A stretch of 64,000 bases of DNA from Terriglobia bacterium (GCA_965206125.1 CBDBIN010000039.1:10202-74201), one strand, 5' to 3'; shown: positions 20,283-32,745, counted from the first letter of the stretch. Notes: a model not told the origin generated them from the sequence alone. Translations and numbers: made by a program.

Positions 20283-21839
20283 TCAGTTGCCGTTCGTCGA
20301 GGCGATGAACTCGCGCGCCTCGGCGTAGCCCGGATCGTCGGCCGCGCCAATCCAGAAGTCGGCGAGCGTCGCGTAGCGCTCGCGGGCGGTGGCACGATCC
20401 CCGACGGCCGCGGCAGCGCGGGCCGCGCCGAGCAGCGAACGCCTCCGGTTCGGCATGCGGAGCAGCGAGGTCTCGAACTTCTCGAGCGCGTCGTCGTGGC
20501 GCCCGAGCTGCAGCAGGATCTCGCCGTACAGCTCGTACGGCGGCTTGACCGGGCTAGCCGCGCCGTTCGGCCGACGCAGCGTCTCGACGATGGCGATAGC
20601 CTCGTCCATCGAGGCGATCGCCGCCTCGGCGTCGCCTTCGGCCGCCTGAATCGAGGCGGTGACCTCCTTGTGGGCGATGCGATCTTGTGCGCCCCCGTTC
20701 TCGGCCCGCGCCGCCAGCGCCGCCTCGGCCTCGTGCGCCGTGGCCAGGTCGCCGCTGCGGACCGCACTCAGGCCCGTGGCCAGCAGCTCGTGCATCGACG
20801 AGTCGTCCGTGATCGGCTCGACGCGCCACTGCTCGGTCTCCACCACGTAGCGGGCGTTGACCAGGGGCAGCGCGCTGACGGCTCGCGCCTGCCCGTCGCT
20901 GTCGGCGATGAGCCGTTCCAGCCTTTCGATCCAGACTCGGGCCTTGTCGTAGTCCCCGCGCTGCAGATCGCCGTACTGACCCCAGTCGAGCGAATGGACC
21001 GCGTCGGCGACGCTGTCGTCGGGCTCCCACAGAGCGATGGCCGCGTCGTGCGCCAACTGGTTGTGCTGCGAGACGAGGTCCCACATGCCGTGCTGGATGA
21101 AAATGTGCGTCGGCATGTGGCGCGCGTGCGAGACCGCCGGCGCTATCTCGGCGTAGCGGTGGGCCGCGTCGAGTGCCAGCGGGGCATGGAGCGGATCGTC
21201 GAAGGCGTGAATGGTGTAGTGCACCGCTCCGGGATGGTCGCGGTTCTCGTTGAACACCTTCATCGCGATCGTGCCAGCCCGCACCTCAAGCCGCAACGAC
21301 TGATCGCCGAGTGCACGGGATCCGGACAGCATCGACAGCGCGTAGAACGTCGCCACCTCGTCGTCATCGGGGTAGCGCTCGTAGAGCCGCTCCATCGCCT
21401 CCATGTAGCCGACCCGCCGCTCGTTGTAGGTTCTCTCGTCGCTCCACAGGACCTCGATCGCTTCGAGGAAGCCCCTCTCGCGATCGGTCGGGGCCTTGGC
21501 GGCCCGCGCCGCCGGCGTCGGACCGAGCCGCGCGAGCACCGCGCGCGGATTCTCCTCGTCGAGGCCGGGTCCGCCGCCGAACAGCGGGTGATTGTAGCTT
21601 AGCGTCTCGCCCCAGTACGCGAGAGCGAAGTCCGGCTCGATGGCCTGCGCGGCCTGGAACTGCTCGATGGCCTGCTTCCAGCCGAAGCTGTGCAGGATGG
21701 CGACGCCCCGCAGGAAATGGCGCTGCGCCTCCTCCGAACGCGCGGACGTCGGAAAGTCGAGCGACCCGACCTCGGCGAATTGCGCGGCGGTGGGCGCCGC
21801 GAGCAGGAGCGTGACGATCAGATAGATGGCAGCCTTCAT
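20283..21839 (-). CDS. Secreted tetratricopeptide-repeat protein
   Basis: Internal ATG 21839 gives MKAAIYLIVTLLLAAPTAAQ signal peptide. Helical TPR-like repeats throughout. Track ORF 20154..21602 + is its antisense shadow. Confidence 0.7.
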   Translation of the reverse strand: MKAAIYLIVTLLLAAPTAAQFAEVGSLDFPTSARSEEAQRHFLRGVAILHSFGWKQAIEQFQAAQAIEPDFALAYWGETLSYNHPLFGGGPGLDEENPRAVLARLGPTPAARAAKAPTDRERGFLEAIEVLWSDERTYNERRVGYMEAMERLYERYPDDDEVATFYALSMLSGSRALGDQSLRLEVRAGTIAMKVFNENRDHPGAVHYTIHAFDDPLHAPLALDAAHRYAEIAPAVSHARHMPTHIFIQHGMWDLVSQHNQLAHDAAIALWEPDDSVADAVHSLDWGQYGDLQRGDYDKARVWIERLERLIADSDGQARAVSALPLVNARYVVETEQWRVEPITDDSSMHELLATGLSAVRSGDLATAHEAEAALAARAENGGAQDRIAHKEVTASIQAAEGDAEAAIASMDEAIAIVETLRRPNGAASPVKPPYELYGEILLQLGRHDDALEKFETSLLRMPNRRRSLLGAARAAAAVGDRATARERYATLADFWIGAADDPGYAEAREFIASTNGN

Positions 21840-22450
21840 GGGATCCCCCGTTCCCGAGCAGCCTAGCACAATGCGGCGCGGTAAGCGCCTGAACGTACCC
21901 CGCGACGACGGCAGGAGGTCGCTGGCGAAGGAGTACGTGATGGATGGACTCTCTCGTTTCACTACAGGGCAGTACTCGGAGAATCTACCCGTGGGGTTCA
22001 TGCTCGGCTACGTCCTCAACGGCGATGTGAAGTACGTGGCTTCGAGCGTTCAAGCGAAGATCATCGAACATCGTGAGCACGTCGCGCTGGTCCTGCATCC
22101 GCGACGCGACATTTCCTGAAATCCACGGCGGCGGCAAGTTTGCGCGTTGGTTCGCTGCACATTTCTAAGCTATGCGAGGCAGCATGGATTCAGGACGCTC
22201 GCGGGCCCGCCCGGCGCGAAGATGAGACAAAGCGGCTGTTCGCAGCGTATGGGGTGTCAGGCAAATTGGTGCGATTTTGCACGCTAAGGCTGTGAGGCGA
22301 CCGCCGTAAAACCTTTTGCGACAGGTAACGGGGAAGGCTCACGACGCAGGATCAGGACGCGGATTGCGTTGCAGAACCCTGTCGCATAAGTCATTGTTGC
22401 AATTCTACGGGGTCGCGGGCTTTCTGCGACACCCAGACAAGGGGAGGGTG

Positions 22451-22814
22451 ATGATGCTCATTGGGTATGCACGGGTCTCCACCCAAGACCAGACGCTGCA
22501 ACTCCAGCACGACGCGCTCACCGACGGTGGCTGCGAGAAGCTCTTCCGCGAGAAGCTCTCCGGCACCAGCACGACTCTCCCGGCGAGAGAGAAGCTCCTC
22601 GCCTTCGCGCGCAAGGGCGATGTCGTCGTGGTGTGGAAACTCGACCGCCTTTGGGCGTTCCATCCGCGATCTGATTGATGTGGTGAACTCGCTCCAGGAC
22701 CGCGGGGTCCGATTACGGCCCCTCCAGGAAGCCATCGACACGACAACGCCCGCCGGCAAGCTCACGTTTCACATCTTTGCCGCACTCGCCGAGTTCGAGC
22801 GCGACATGATCCGT
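22451..22814 (+). pseudogene. Small serine recombinase (resolvase/invertase), frameshifted and 3-prime truncated
   Basis: MMLIGYARVSTQDQTLQLQHDAL catalytic-Ser N-terminus. A +1 shift near 22650 (KLDRL then GRSIRDLID in another frame). Homology to the copy at 56811-57119 stops at FERDMIR. Confidence 0.8.
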
Positions 22815-23203
22815 CGCATCCTCAGCCCCGCGTCATCAACACGGACCCTGCACGCCTCTACGGCGCGGCGATTTCAGAACTGAAAAAGGAAGGAATACCT
22901 GCGACGCCGTTGCCGCCACCGGCCTGTCCAATACTTGAACAACATCCTGGAGCAGGATCACCGTGCGATCAAACGACGCGTGAAGGCCAAGCAGGGCTTT
23001 CGTGAGTTTCAGGCGGCGCGACGAACGATCAAGGATACGAGGCAATGCACATGATCCGGAAGGGACAGGCAAGGGGGGTGAACGGATCGGATGTTCGGCG
23101 ACAGATTCAGTTCATCAACAAGCTGTTCAAGGTGGCTGCATGAGATCGAGCCTGGCCGACTCGATCAATCGCTCTGTTGCCGCTTTTTGAATGTTGCAAC
23201 ACC
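22815..23203 (+). mobile_element. IS6-family element fragment (different lineage), 5-prime truncated and frameshifted
   Basis: Hand translation gives VINTDPARLYGAAISELKKEG, HRPVQYLNNILEQDHRAIKRRVKAKQGF and, after a 1-nt gap, EAMHMIRKGQ. Terminal IR is the reverse complement of GGTGTTGCAACATTCAAA at 23186-23203. Confidence 0.65.
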
Positions 23204-23436
23204 TCCCTTCGACTTCATCGACGACCCGCGATCGGCGTGGAGAATCAGTTGATCCCGGTCGATCCGTTGCTTGTCGCAGCTTTCACGAATCAACTGGGAG
23301 GCGGGCGCGACAGGCGTTTGGCCAGACTTGCCGATTCGCAATCGGCCACCATCCAGCCCACAACCTGGCGGCTGAAGATGTCCAGAATCACGTACAGGCA
23401 GTAGTAGGTCCACTTCCGTGGACCCTTCAGCTTCGG
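23204..23436 (-). pseudogene. IS3-family transposase (integrase core) fragment
   Basis: KWTYYCLYVILDIFSRQVVGWMVADCESASLAKRL then, in another frame, IRESCDKQRIDRDQLILHADRGSSMKSK. Bounded by intron 3-prime end and IS6-type IR. Confidence 0.6.
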
Positions 23437-24345
23437 TTGAGTAGGGCATGCGCGCCGAGTCGCTGTTAACCAGCGGAGGTTTCGCATGCCCTCTCGCCGA
23501 ACCGGACGTGCACCTTTCGTTATGCATCCGGCTCTCCAGAAGTCCATGTAAAGTCGGGGGCTCGCATCCAGCCGCGACGGTAGCGCTGAACCGTCAGCCA
23601 TCCCATCTGAAACTGTTCGGATCGGCCGTCTCGCCAGACCCGCCACGCAGGACGGATCGAACTCGGCTTCCGAAACCGCAACAACGATGAGACTTGCGCC
23701 TTCGGCATCTTCTTCCGTAGCCAACGCCAGAGCCGATCTCGAACATACCAGTCGAGACTGAAGAGAATCTTCTTGGCCCCGGTACAGTAACGATAGAAGT
23801 GCGCCCAACCACGGAGGATGGGATTCAGCTTCCGAAATAACTTCGGCAAAGGCCAAGGCGTCGTTGCGCGACCGGTCCACTGTTTGACCCGATAGCGCAA
23901 ATCGGCGACTTTGTGTTTCGGAATCTCGACGCGCGGCGTCCAGCCGTATCGAGGATCCCAACGCAGTCGCACGCGGTGTCCGAGAAACTCGAATCCTCGC
24001 GTTAAGGCAGTGATTCGAGTCTTCTCAGGTGACAGAGTCAATCCCATGCTGTCCATCAGCACTGCTTCCAATGCTGTCCGTTCAGCCTGAGCCTGAGCTT
24101 CAGTCCCACAGACGAGTACGACGAAATCATCAGCGTACCGGATCGGGAAGAACACGTTCCGGCCTGACCGGCGATCCGTGCTCCGAGCCTCCAGCGCCGC
24201 CTTGATCCCGCTCGATGTCCGTCGTGCCTGACGCTTGGTCTGGTGGTTCACCCACCGCTCGTACCGCTCCTCGATGATACTGAGCGCGATGTTCGCAAGC
24301 AGCGGCGAGATGACGCCCCGAACACAAAAGGTAACTTCCGTTTTG
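23437..24345 (-). mobile_element. Group II intron, 5-prime truncated (RT C-terminal half plus domains V-VI)
   Basis: RT ORF 23520..24251 extends in frame to about 24345 (VISPLLANIAL, YADDFVVL, LNPILRGWAHFYRY). Domain V GAGCCGGATGCATAACGAAAGGTGCACGTCCGGTTC lies at 23534-23499 and overlaps the RT stop. DVI-like stem AGGGCATGCG...CGCATGCCCTAC follows. Confidence 0.75.
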
Positions 24346-24418
24346 AACGTCAGATCGTGGCATGGAGGAATCGTCTCCTGGTTGAGTTACGTCGTAAACG
24401 GTAATACTCTAATGGCAA

Positions 24419-24748
24419 ATGGTTCGGTCCACACGGTCCCAGAAGATCAAGCGGCTCAACGCCGCTTATTCGCTGCTCGCTCAGGGCGTCACGGCGAGCG
24501 AAGCCGTACACCGGTTGTCGCAACGCTTCGGATTGTCGCAGCGTCAGTCTTATCGCTACGTTCAGGACGCGCGCGCCATGGGCCAGCCGGCCGAGCCGGC
24601 CGAGGCGTTGATCCCGATCACTATCAAGATTCCGGGCACCTTGGCGGTGACCTTGCGTGCACATGCCAGGAGCAGCGGGCACTCTATCGGGGAGATCGTT
24701 GCGCGGGCCATGAGACGCTTTTTCTCAGACGCGGATCGCCATGGTTGA
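24419..24748 (+). CDS. Small DNA-binding protein (HTH N-terminus, ribbon-helix-helix-like C-terminus)
   Basis: 109 aa. LLAQGVTASEAVHRLSQRFGLSQRQSYRYV is HTH-like. ITIKIPGTLAVTLRAHARSSGHSIGEIVARAMRRFF is RHH/CopG-like. Directly upstream of the serine recombinase. Confidence 0.5.
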   Translation: MVRSTRSQKIKRLNAAYSLLAQGVTASEAVHRLSQRFGLSQRQSYRYVQDARAMGQPAEPAEALIPITIKIPGTLAVTLRAHARSSGHSIGEIVARAMRRFFSDADRHG

Positions 24749-24894
24749 ATACCGCCCGAACTCGCGGACCGCTGTTCACCTCGCATATGCCTTCGATCGC
24801 CTGCTCGACGCCAAACTCCAGAACGCCTACGCGATCTTGGTGCCCGATCAGGCTCACAAAATCCCGGCCCGGGCGCAGGGCATAGGAGACGACC

Positions 24895-25702
24895 ATGAAG
24901 ATCGCAGCCCTTTACGCACGTGTCTCGGGCGAGCAGCAGAGAGATAGCAACACGATCGCCAGCCAGACCGAGGCCCTGGTCGACTACGCCGAGCGCCACG
25001 GTTACCGCGTCGCGCCCGACATGATCATCGAGGATGACGGCTATACCGGCGCCGTTCTCGAGCGGCCGGGGCTCGATCGGGTCAGGGATCTCGCCGCGGA
25101 AGGGTGCATCGACACGGTTGTGGTCCATGCCCCGGACCGCTTGAGCCGCCGCTATGCTTACCAGGTGCTGATCATCGAGGAACTGGCCCGACAGGGCGTC
25201 GAAACCGTGTTTGTGAACGCGCCGTCGATGGAAACCCCCGAAGATCATCTCCTCGTCCAGTTCCAGGGCATGATTGCGGAATACGAGCGCGCGCAGATTC
25301 TGGAACGTTCCCGGCGAGGCAAGCGCCATCGGGCGCGCCGCGGCGAAGTGGCCGTCCTCGGCAGCGCGCCCTATGGCTACCGTTACCACAAGAAAACCCC
25401 GGACAGCGATGCGTTCTACGAAATCATCGAACCGCAGGCATCGGTGGTTCGCGATGTCTACCGCTACTACACCTGCGATCACATGAGCATCGGCGCGATA
25501 GCGCGCAAGCTCAATGAACGCGCGGTCCTCACGTCCACCGGGCGTTCGCGCTGGGAACGGTCGGTAGTATGGGCGATGCTGCGTAATCCGGCGTACAAGG
25601 GAAGGGCGTGCTTCGGCAAGACCCGGATTGCCCCGCGCCAGCGTGTGACCCGCCCTTTGCGCCAACGCGACGGGTTCGCCAACCGCAACAGTGCCAGTCA
25701 TG
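24895..25702 (+). pseudogene. Large serine recombinase, N-terminal ~269 aa, truncated by IS6 end
   Basis: MKIAALYARVSGEQQ catalytic-Ser motif, resolvase domain, then recombinase domain (APYGYRY..., RWERSVVWAMLRNPAYKG). The reading frame runs into the IS6 IR at 25703. Confidence 0.8.
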
Positions 25703-25973
25703 GGTTCTGGTGCAGATAGGATTCTCGGAACGATAAGACCAGGAGTGCGCCGTGGCGATGCGGACTATGCGGCCATGACGTGACGCCCGATCACCGCGGG
25801 ATTCGACCGCCATGGGATCGGAATTGCGAACTGGCGTTTGTGAATCTTCTGCGCCAGCTCGATACCGATAATCACGCGTCGCGCATTGTAGAACGCTTTG
25901 AACCCCAACATCGGGCGTAAGCGCCCCTGCACCCGGCGGTGGTCCTGCTCCACAACCTTGTTCAGGTATTGAC
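25703..25973 (-). mobile_element. IS6-family element, truncated copy (IR plus last ~62 codons of transposase)
   Basis: About 90 percent identical by eye to 9198-9470, including IR GGTTCTGGTGCAGATAGGATT. Track ORF 25765..25953 matches the C-terminus of the 9261..9983 transposase. Confidence 0.85.
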
Positions 25974-26004
25974 GGATGTGTTGCAGCCCACAGATAGAAA
26001 AGAC

Positions 26005-26036
26005 GGCGGCATAGAAAGCGCCACCGCCTTTTCTTT
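26005..26036. terminator. Bidirectional terminator-like hairpin downstream of katG
   Basis: GGCGGC...GCCACCGCC stem flanked by T-runs on both strands (TTTTCTTTC on plus). Confidence 0.45.
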
Positions 26037-26134
26037 CAAATCACGAAGAGTTCCACGTGATCTCACAACACGACGCTCAATATGAGCCGCCAGTCAGAAG
26101 CTCGACTATTTATCGTGTCGTTACGACCTTGCCA

Positions 26135-28360
<2,226 letters not shown>

Positions 28361-28509
28361 CTCAGTTGGCTCCTGGTAAGTCAGAAATTCAGTACATTTG
28401 CTTCATGCATTGGTCTCACTCTTTCCTGATATCTCCAGTCAGTCTGAAACGGACCTGGTTGATACGTCCAAGACATTATTTCTATAAGGATGATAGGATT
28501 TTACTATCA

Positions 28510-29457
28510 ATGATGAAACCCTACAACTTCTCACTTCGGCAGATTCAGTACGCAGTGACCGTGGCCGATACGAGGAACTTTCGCCGGGCTGCGGAGCGGT
28601 GCCATGTGTCTCAACCCTCACTGAGCGTGCAGGTGGCGGAGCTAGAAGCCGGGCTGGGCGTCCAGTTGTTTGAGCGCGATCGTCGTGGCGTGATGATTAC
28701 CACGGCAGGATCTGAACTCATTGACCGTATGCGGCGCGTTCTCCTTGAGGTAGACGATGTGAGAGGCGCCGCACGGCGGTTCCTGGATCCTCTAGCAGGC
28801 ACGCTACGAATCGGGGTGATACCGACCGTTGGACCCTACCTGCTCCCGACCGTCGCACCGCTACTACGCAAGGCACTTCCGCGCTTGACTCTAGCTTGGC
28901 TGGAGGACAAAACCGAGGCACTCGTTCGCCAGATCCGTCATGGAAACCTCGATGGCGGGTTGCTTGCTTTGGAAGCCGACATCGGTGACCTCACCTACGA
29001 GACGATCGGAAGAGATCCGTTCGTGCTTGCAACGCCACCGGATCACCTCCTTGGGCGGTCGTCCGCACCGATACCCTTCAGCCGATTGCGGGGCGAGCAC
29101 ATTCTTCTGCTTGATGAGGGACACTGCCTTCGGGATCAGGTTATCGAGTTTTGTAGCGGAAGAGGTGTTGAGGAACTCAATTTTCGGGCAACGAGTCTGC
29201 CGACGCTTGTGCAGATGGTCCGCGCCAACATGGGTATCACCTTGCTGCCACGCATCTCTGTGCCTACCGAAATTCTTCGGTCCGGCCTTAAGACCCGTCC
29301 AATATCACGACCGGTGCCATACCGCACCATCGTTCTGGCCTGGCGGCGGCGATCGTCTCTATTTGAAGCGATGCGGAAGATCGCCCAAACTGCGCGGCTC
29401 GCCGTTCATCGTACCCATTACAGAAAAGTACGCGGGGAAAAGAAGCAAGATCCGTGA
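28510..29457 (+). CDS. oxyR: LysR-family peroxide regulator OxyR
   Basis: Divergent from katG. LRQIQYAVTVADTRNFRRAAERCHVSQPSLSVQV LysR HTH. LLLDEGHCLRDQVIEFCSG carries the two redox cysteines spaced as in OxyR. Start ATG 28510 or 28513. Confidence 0.85.
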   Translation: MMKPYNFSLRQIQYAVTVADTRNFRRAAERCHVSQPSLSVQVAELEAGLGVQLFERDRRGVMITTAGSELIDRMRRVLLEVDDVRGAARRFLDPLAGTLRIGVIPTVGPYLLPTVAPLLRKALPRLTLAWLEDKTEALVRQIRHGNLDGGLLALEADIGDLTYETIGRDPFVLATPPDHLLGRSSAPIPFSRLRGEHILLLDEGHCLRDQVIEFCSGRGVEELNFRATSLPTLVQMVRANMGITLLPRISVPTEILRSGLKTRPISRPVPYRTIVLAWRRRSSLFEAMRKIAQTARLAVHRTHYRKVRGEKKQDP

Positions 29458-29515
29458 CCATCCCCGGGGAACCTACTATTGCGGGGCTTCTGTTGATCCT
29501 GCGTCCGGAGAATCG

Positions 29516-29530
29516 GGTTCTGGTGCAGAT
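29516..29530 (+). repeat. Solo IS6-type terminal inverted repeat
   Basis: GGTTCTGGTGCAGAT is identical to the IR at 25703-25717 (16 bp if 29515 is included). Sequence diverges immediately after. Confidence 0.6.
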
Positions 29531-29789
29531 GTCGCGTTCGCTGAGGCTTTTCTTCTCCATCGTGATTCAATCACCCGCGAGGCGTACCGGAAGAAAGGCA
29601 TTCTCCACCTGAGCGATGTTAGCCCACCGCCTTCTTCCATCGGCGCCGCCCCATCTCATTGACCTTCCGGAGCGTCCAATCATGCGCGCCTGACCGCGGT
29701 CTCCGCCGGAATAGCCTTACCGCCACGCCAGTGGAAACGCGGCCCTTCGCGCGATGCTCGCTCGCCACGTTGTAGAGGGGGTCACTGGG

Positions 29790-30224
29790 TCAAGGCAGTC
29801 TTTCGAAGGGGTCGGTGGCCGGGATACCCAAGGGGACAAAATGGCGCAGGTTGCGCGTCAGAACGGTCAGGTTATGGCTCCCTGCCGTGGCCGCGATAGC
29901 GACATCGGCAAAGCCGGGCGAATGCCCCGTCGCACGCGCCTTGTCCATCAATTTTCCCGCCAAGCGAGCCGCTGAGACATCGAACGGTAGCACCCGTTCC
30001 CCGTAGAGATGCAGCACAAGTTCAAGCCAATCCTTGAGAGCCCCAGCCCTGGAAGCGGACCCAGTCCGTTCCATCTTAGCAATCCCGTCGGAGATTTCGG
30101 CCACGGTCACCGCCGATAAGAAAAGACCGTCCGAATGCGTGTCCATCCATGTGACTAATGCCGCGGATCGTTCGGGGCGGCCAGGAGCCCCGGACGATAG
30201 CACGTTGGTGTCTACCAAGTACAA
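29790..30224 (-). CDS. vapC: PIN-domain toxin VapC
   Basis: MYLVDTNVLS start, internal acidic residues and LTVLTRNLRHF C-terminal motif. Adjacent to antitoxin gene. Confidence 0.85.
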   Translation of the reverse strand: MYLVDTNVLSSGAPGRPERSAALVTWMDTHSDGLFLSAVTVAEISDGIAKMERTGSASRAGALKDWLELVLHLYGERVLPFDVSAARLAGKLMDKARATGHSPGFADVAIAATAGSHNLTVLTRNLRHFVPLGIPATDPFERLP

Positions 30225-30233
30225 GCGGCGTTC

Positions 30234-30476
30234 CTAAAACGCGACATCCCGTGATGGGCTTGTGTCTCGCGGCGGCAGGTTTCCATCTTCCAAGGGCGAA
30301 GACAACAGCAACCGGCCGAAGGACGGCACCCGGCGGAGACGATTCCACTCATCGATCCCCAGGATGATGGCCCGGGGCTTGCCATGGCGGGTGATGACCG
30401 CTGTTTCACCGTGAGCAGCCTCTTCCACAAGTGCCGACAGCTTGGTCTTGGCCTCGCGTAACTGCACCTTTCGCAT
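30234..30476 (-). CDS. vapB: Phd/YefM-type antitoxin (VapB)
   Basis: MRKVQLREAKTKLSALVEEAAHGETAVITRHGKPRAIILGIDEWNRL is the classic Phd/YefM N-terminus. Confidence 0.85.
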   Translation of the reverse strand: MRKVQLREAKTKLSALVEEAAHGETAVITRHGKPRAIILGIDEWNRLRRVPSFGRLLLSSPLEDGNLPPRDTSPSRDVAF

Positions 30477-31100
30477 GACAACCTCCTAAAAGAACCAATG
30501 TGGTCATTTTAAACGATGTCGCATAGCCGGGCAACAGCTCGTCCGAGCGCACCACAACCGAACCCGGTTCACGAAGGTGGGGCATCGGTAATCACAGACG
30601 AGTCGACGGTCTCGTGAAACGGGCATGAATAGCGCGCCACAAATATATATATCCAGTCTCCCGGGTATATTTACTTCACGCAGCGTCATCATATTGCGGG
30701 TTTGGGCGGTGGCATCCTTGACGCAACCATGGGGTCTGAAAACGAATCTACTTCCGGGCGATTGCGATCTTTATTTTTCCTTCCGCTTGATCCTTGTGCC
30801 GAAGTCGGCAGTCAGCGTGGCGTAGTACTCGAACAAGCCAAGAACAATCCCACCTCGAATTTATGGAAACCGCGAACATTCCTCGTCACTACCGTCAGCC
30901 GATGAACCCGAGCCGTGGCGGCGATCATCGCATCCTCGAAACTCTAATCCGACTGCCGGTGCACGAAGTCTTTGAAACCAAACAATTTGGGCAGTCACCG
31001 GGAACCCCTCTTATTACTCCATGTGAGGGCGCGATCCGGCATTATATGATTTTCCGGAGATTGAGGCGGGAATTAACGATGAACGATAAAGGATGCCAGC

Positions 31101-31250
31101 TCAACCGGTCGATGCAACACATGCATTAAATGTTTCTGCCGGAGTTGCGAACTCCAGCGTCTTGCGTGGCCGCTCGTTGAGTTGCCGAGCAACCGCGTCC
31201 AAATGTTCCTGTGAGTGTAGCGACAGATTCGTCCTTTTGGGAAAGTAGCG
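31101..31250 (-). pseudogene. IS30-family transposase C-terminal fragment
   Basis: Hand translation: RYFPKRTNLSLHSQEHLDAVARQLNERPRKTLEFATPAETFNACVASTG-stop, matching the IS30 C-terminal consensus (YFPKGTDLS...LNxRPRKxL). Confidence 0.6.
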
Positions 31251-31253
31251 ACC

Positions 31254-31802
31254 GTGCGCACCTCCAGGGCGTTGGTCACCACCAAGGATGCGTTCGAACT
31301 CTTAGTGCTGACGGCGGCGCGGTCCGGCGAGGTGCGCCTGGCGACGTGGGATGAGATGGACCTGCACGCTGACGTGTGGATCATCCCCGCCGCGCGCATG
31401 AAGGCCAAGCGAGATCACCGTGTGCTGCTCTCCGGGCGGGCGCTCGCGATCCTGTACGACGCACGGAGACGCAGTGATGGCACGGGCTTGGTGTTCCGCA
31501 GTCCACGCGGGAAGCCGCTCTCTGACATGACGCTGTCGAAATTGATCAAAGAACTCGGCATCGCCGCCGTGCCGCATGGGTTCCGGTCGAGCTTCCGGGA
31601 CTGGGCCGCGGAGCAAACGAATACGCCTCGTGAGGTGGTCGAAGCCGCGCTCGCCCATACGGTGCGCAACCCGACAGAGGCGGCCTACGCCCGCAGTGAT
31701 CTCTTCGAGCGTCGGCGCCGCCTGATGGACGATTGGGCGGCCTATCTCGAAGAGTGCCGATCACAGGTTCGGGCGACAGATGGCCGCCGCTCCAGCCTGT
31801 GA
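31254..31802 (+). pseudogene. P4-type tyrosine integrase, C-terminal catalytic half only
   Basis: LLVLTAARSGEVRLATWDEMDL (catalytic Arg), HGFRSSFRDWAAE (HxxR), AYARSDLFERRRRLMDDW (catalytic Tyr region). N-terminal SAM-like domain absent. Confidence 0.8.
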
Positions 31803-31864
31803 ACGGGACAGCGCCTCCGATCACAGCCGATCCTGCCCGATCCGCGACTCTTACCACAGCCTGC

Positions 31865-32440
31865 CTAGGTCAAATGCACCGAGCGAGGGTCGACGAAGAG
31901 GTCGCCGGCAGGATGCGGCTGCTCCACACGCTGTAGGTACCCCTTCTTCTGCAGCGAAACCAAGCGGTTTCCTGCTGCCGTTTTCTCGATATTGACCCGT
32001 TCGGCAAAGCCAAAAGCGGTAACGGTCCCACCAGCTTGCGAGACCAGGCTCAGGGTTTCACGATCCTTCGCGGTGAGTACACCGACGGGTTCTGCGTCCT
32101 TGAGGTCGGCGGAAGAGGAGCATACGAACATGGCAACGTTCCTCGACTCAGCGACATCGCGAATCACGCTTCGGGTGTCCTCATCCTCACTGCAAATGAA
32201 CAACGAGAAATTCCCGTATCGCCCGGCTTTCACGTCTTCACCGACGGTCACAACGATATTCAGCAGGACCCCCGGTGCCGGGCGAGCGGCGTCCATATGG
32301 AGGACACCGAGCATAGGTCCGTGCTTCCGATCGTGTGGCATGAACCTGTGAATGAGCTGATCAACGCAAGGATCATCCACAACAGTAGGACCACTACCCA
32401 CAGGAGCGAATTTGACCTCGAACGGAATCGTCCCGGACAT
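31865..32440 (-). CDS. Hypothetical protein with C-terminal winged-helix-like region
   Basis: 191 aa. DRETLSLVSQAGGTVTAFGFAERVNIEKTAAGNRLVSLQKKGYLQRVE looks MarR/wHTH-like. N-terminal 120 aa unassigned. Divergent from the Ubl operon. Confidence 0.5.
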   Translation of the reverse strand: MSGTIPFEVKFAPVGSGPTVVDDPCVDQLIHRFMPHDRKHGPMLGVLHMDAARPAPGVLLNIVVTVGEDVKAGRYGNFSLFICSEDEDTRSVIRDVAESRNVAMFVCSSSADLKDAEPVGVLTAKDRETLSLVSQAGGTVTAFGFAERVNIEKTAAGNRLVSLQKKGYLQRVEQPHPAGDLFVDPRSVHLT

Positions 32441-32674
32441 AATTATTTCCCCCGTCGAAGTGAAGGGTAGCAGGTCTGAACGGGATTTGGATAGGCACCA
32501 TGGTCTCGGTCGGCGTCGTGGTGCCCGTCCTGCGTCAGTCGCGGCACTAACTCCTCGGCCGCCGCCGTCAGGCCGAACTGCTTCAGCAACGTCGTCAACG
32601 CCGTGCTCGGCGATGTCACCCGCGCAGACCTCCAGTCAACAGCGCGGGAACGGACTGGCCTCTGGTCCGGAGAC

Positions 32675-32703
32675 TTGACAGCCATGGCACACATGCGCAT
32701 AAT
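32675..32703 (+). promoter_or_regulatory. Near-consensus sigma70 promoter for the Ubl operon
   Basis: TTGACA (32675-32680), 17-nt spacer, CATAAT (32698-32703). Overlaps palindrome ATGCGCAT. TCCAC-N8-GTGGA follows. AAGGAG RBS lies 7 nt before ATG 32746. Confidence 0.55.
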
Positions 32704-32745
32704 ATCCACTGTGCATCGTGGACACCCTGGGCAAGGAGACAAGAA

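Noticed and set aside
20154-21602. 482-aa plus-strand ORF, and similar long ORFs at 24562..25701(-), 4123..4989(-), 5546..6337(-), 6902..7693(-), 35445..36416(-), 37161..37970(-), 47325..48119(-), 59251..59922(+), 61614..62243(-), 62424..63011(+)
   Set aside because: Each lies antisense to a gene with strong family motifs and has Arg/Gly/Ala/Pro-biased composition. These are standard high-GC shadow ORFs.
10026-25702. 8-bp target-site duplication expected for an IS6 cointegrate
   Set aside because: The sequences next to the two IS copies (ATCGAATC after 10025, CAGTCATG before 25703) do not match. A simple single-step cointegrate model is therefore not supported, and only the weaker rearrangement hypothesis is reported.
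30812-30950. PIN/VapC C-terminal remnant on the minus strand (FEDAMIAATARVHRLTVVTRNVRGF)
   Set aside because: About 30 residues of plausible similarity bounded by stops. No partner antitoxin. Kept as a note only.
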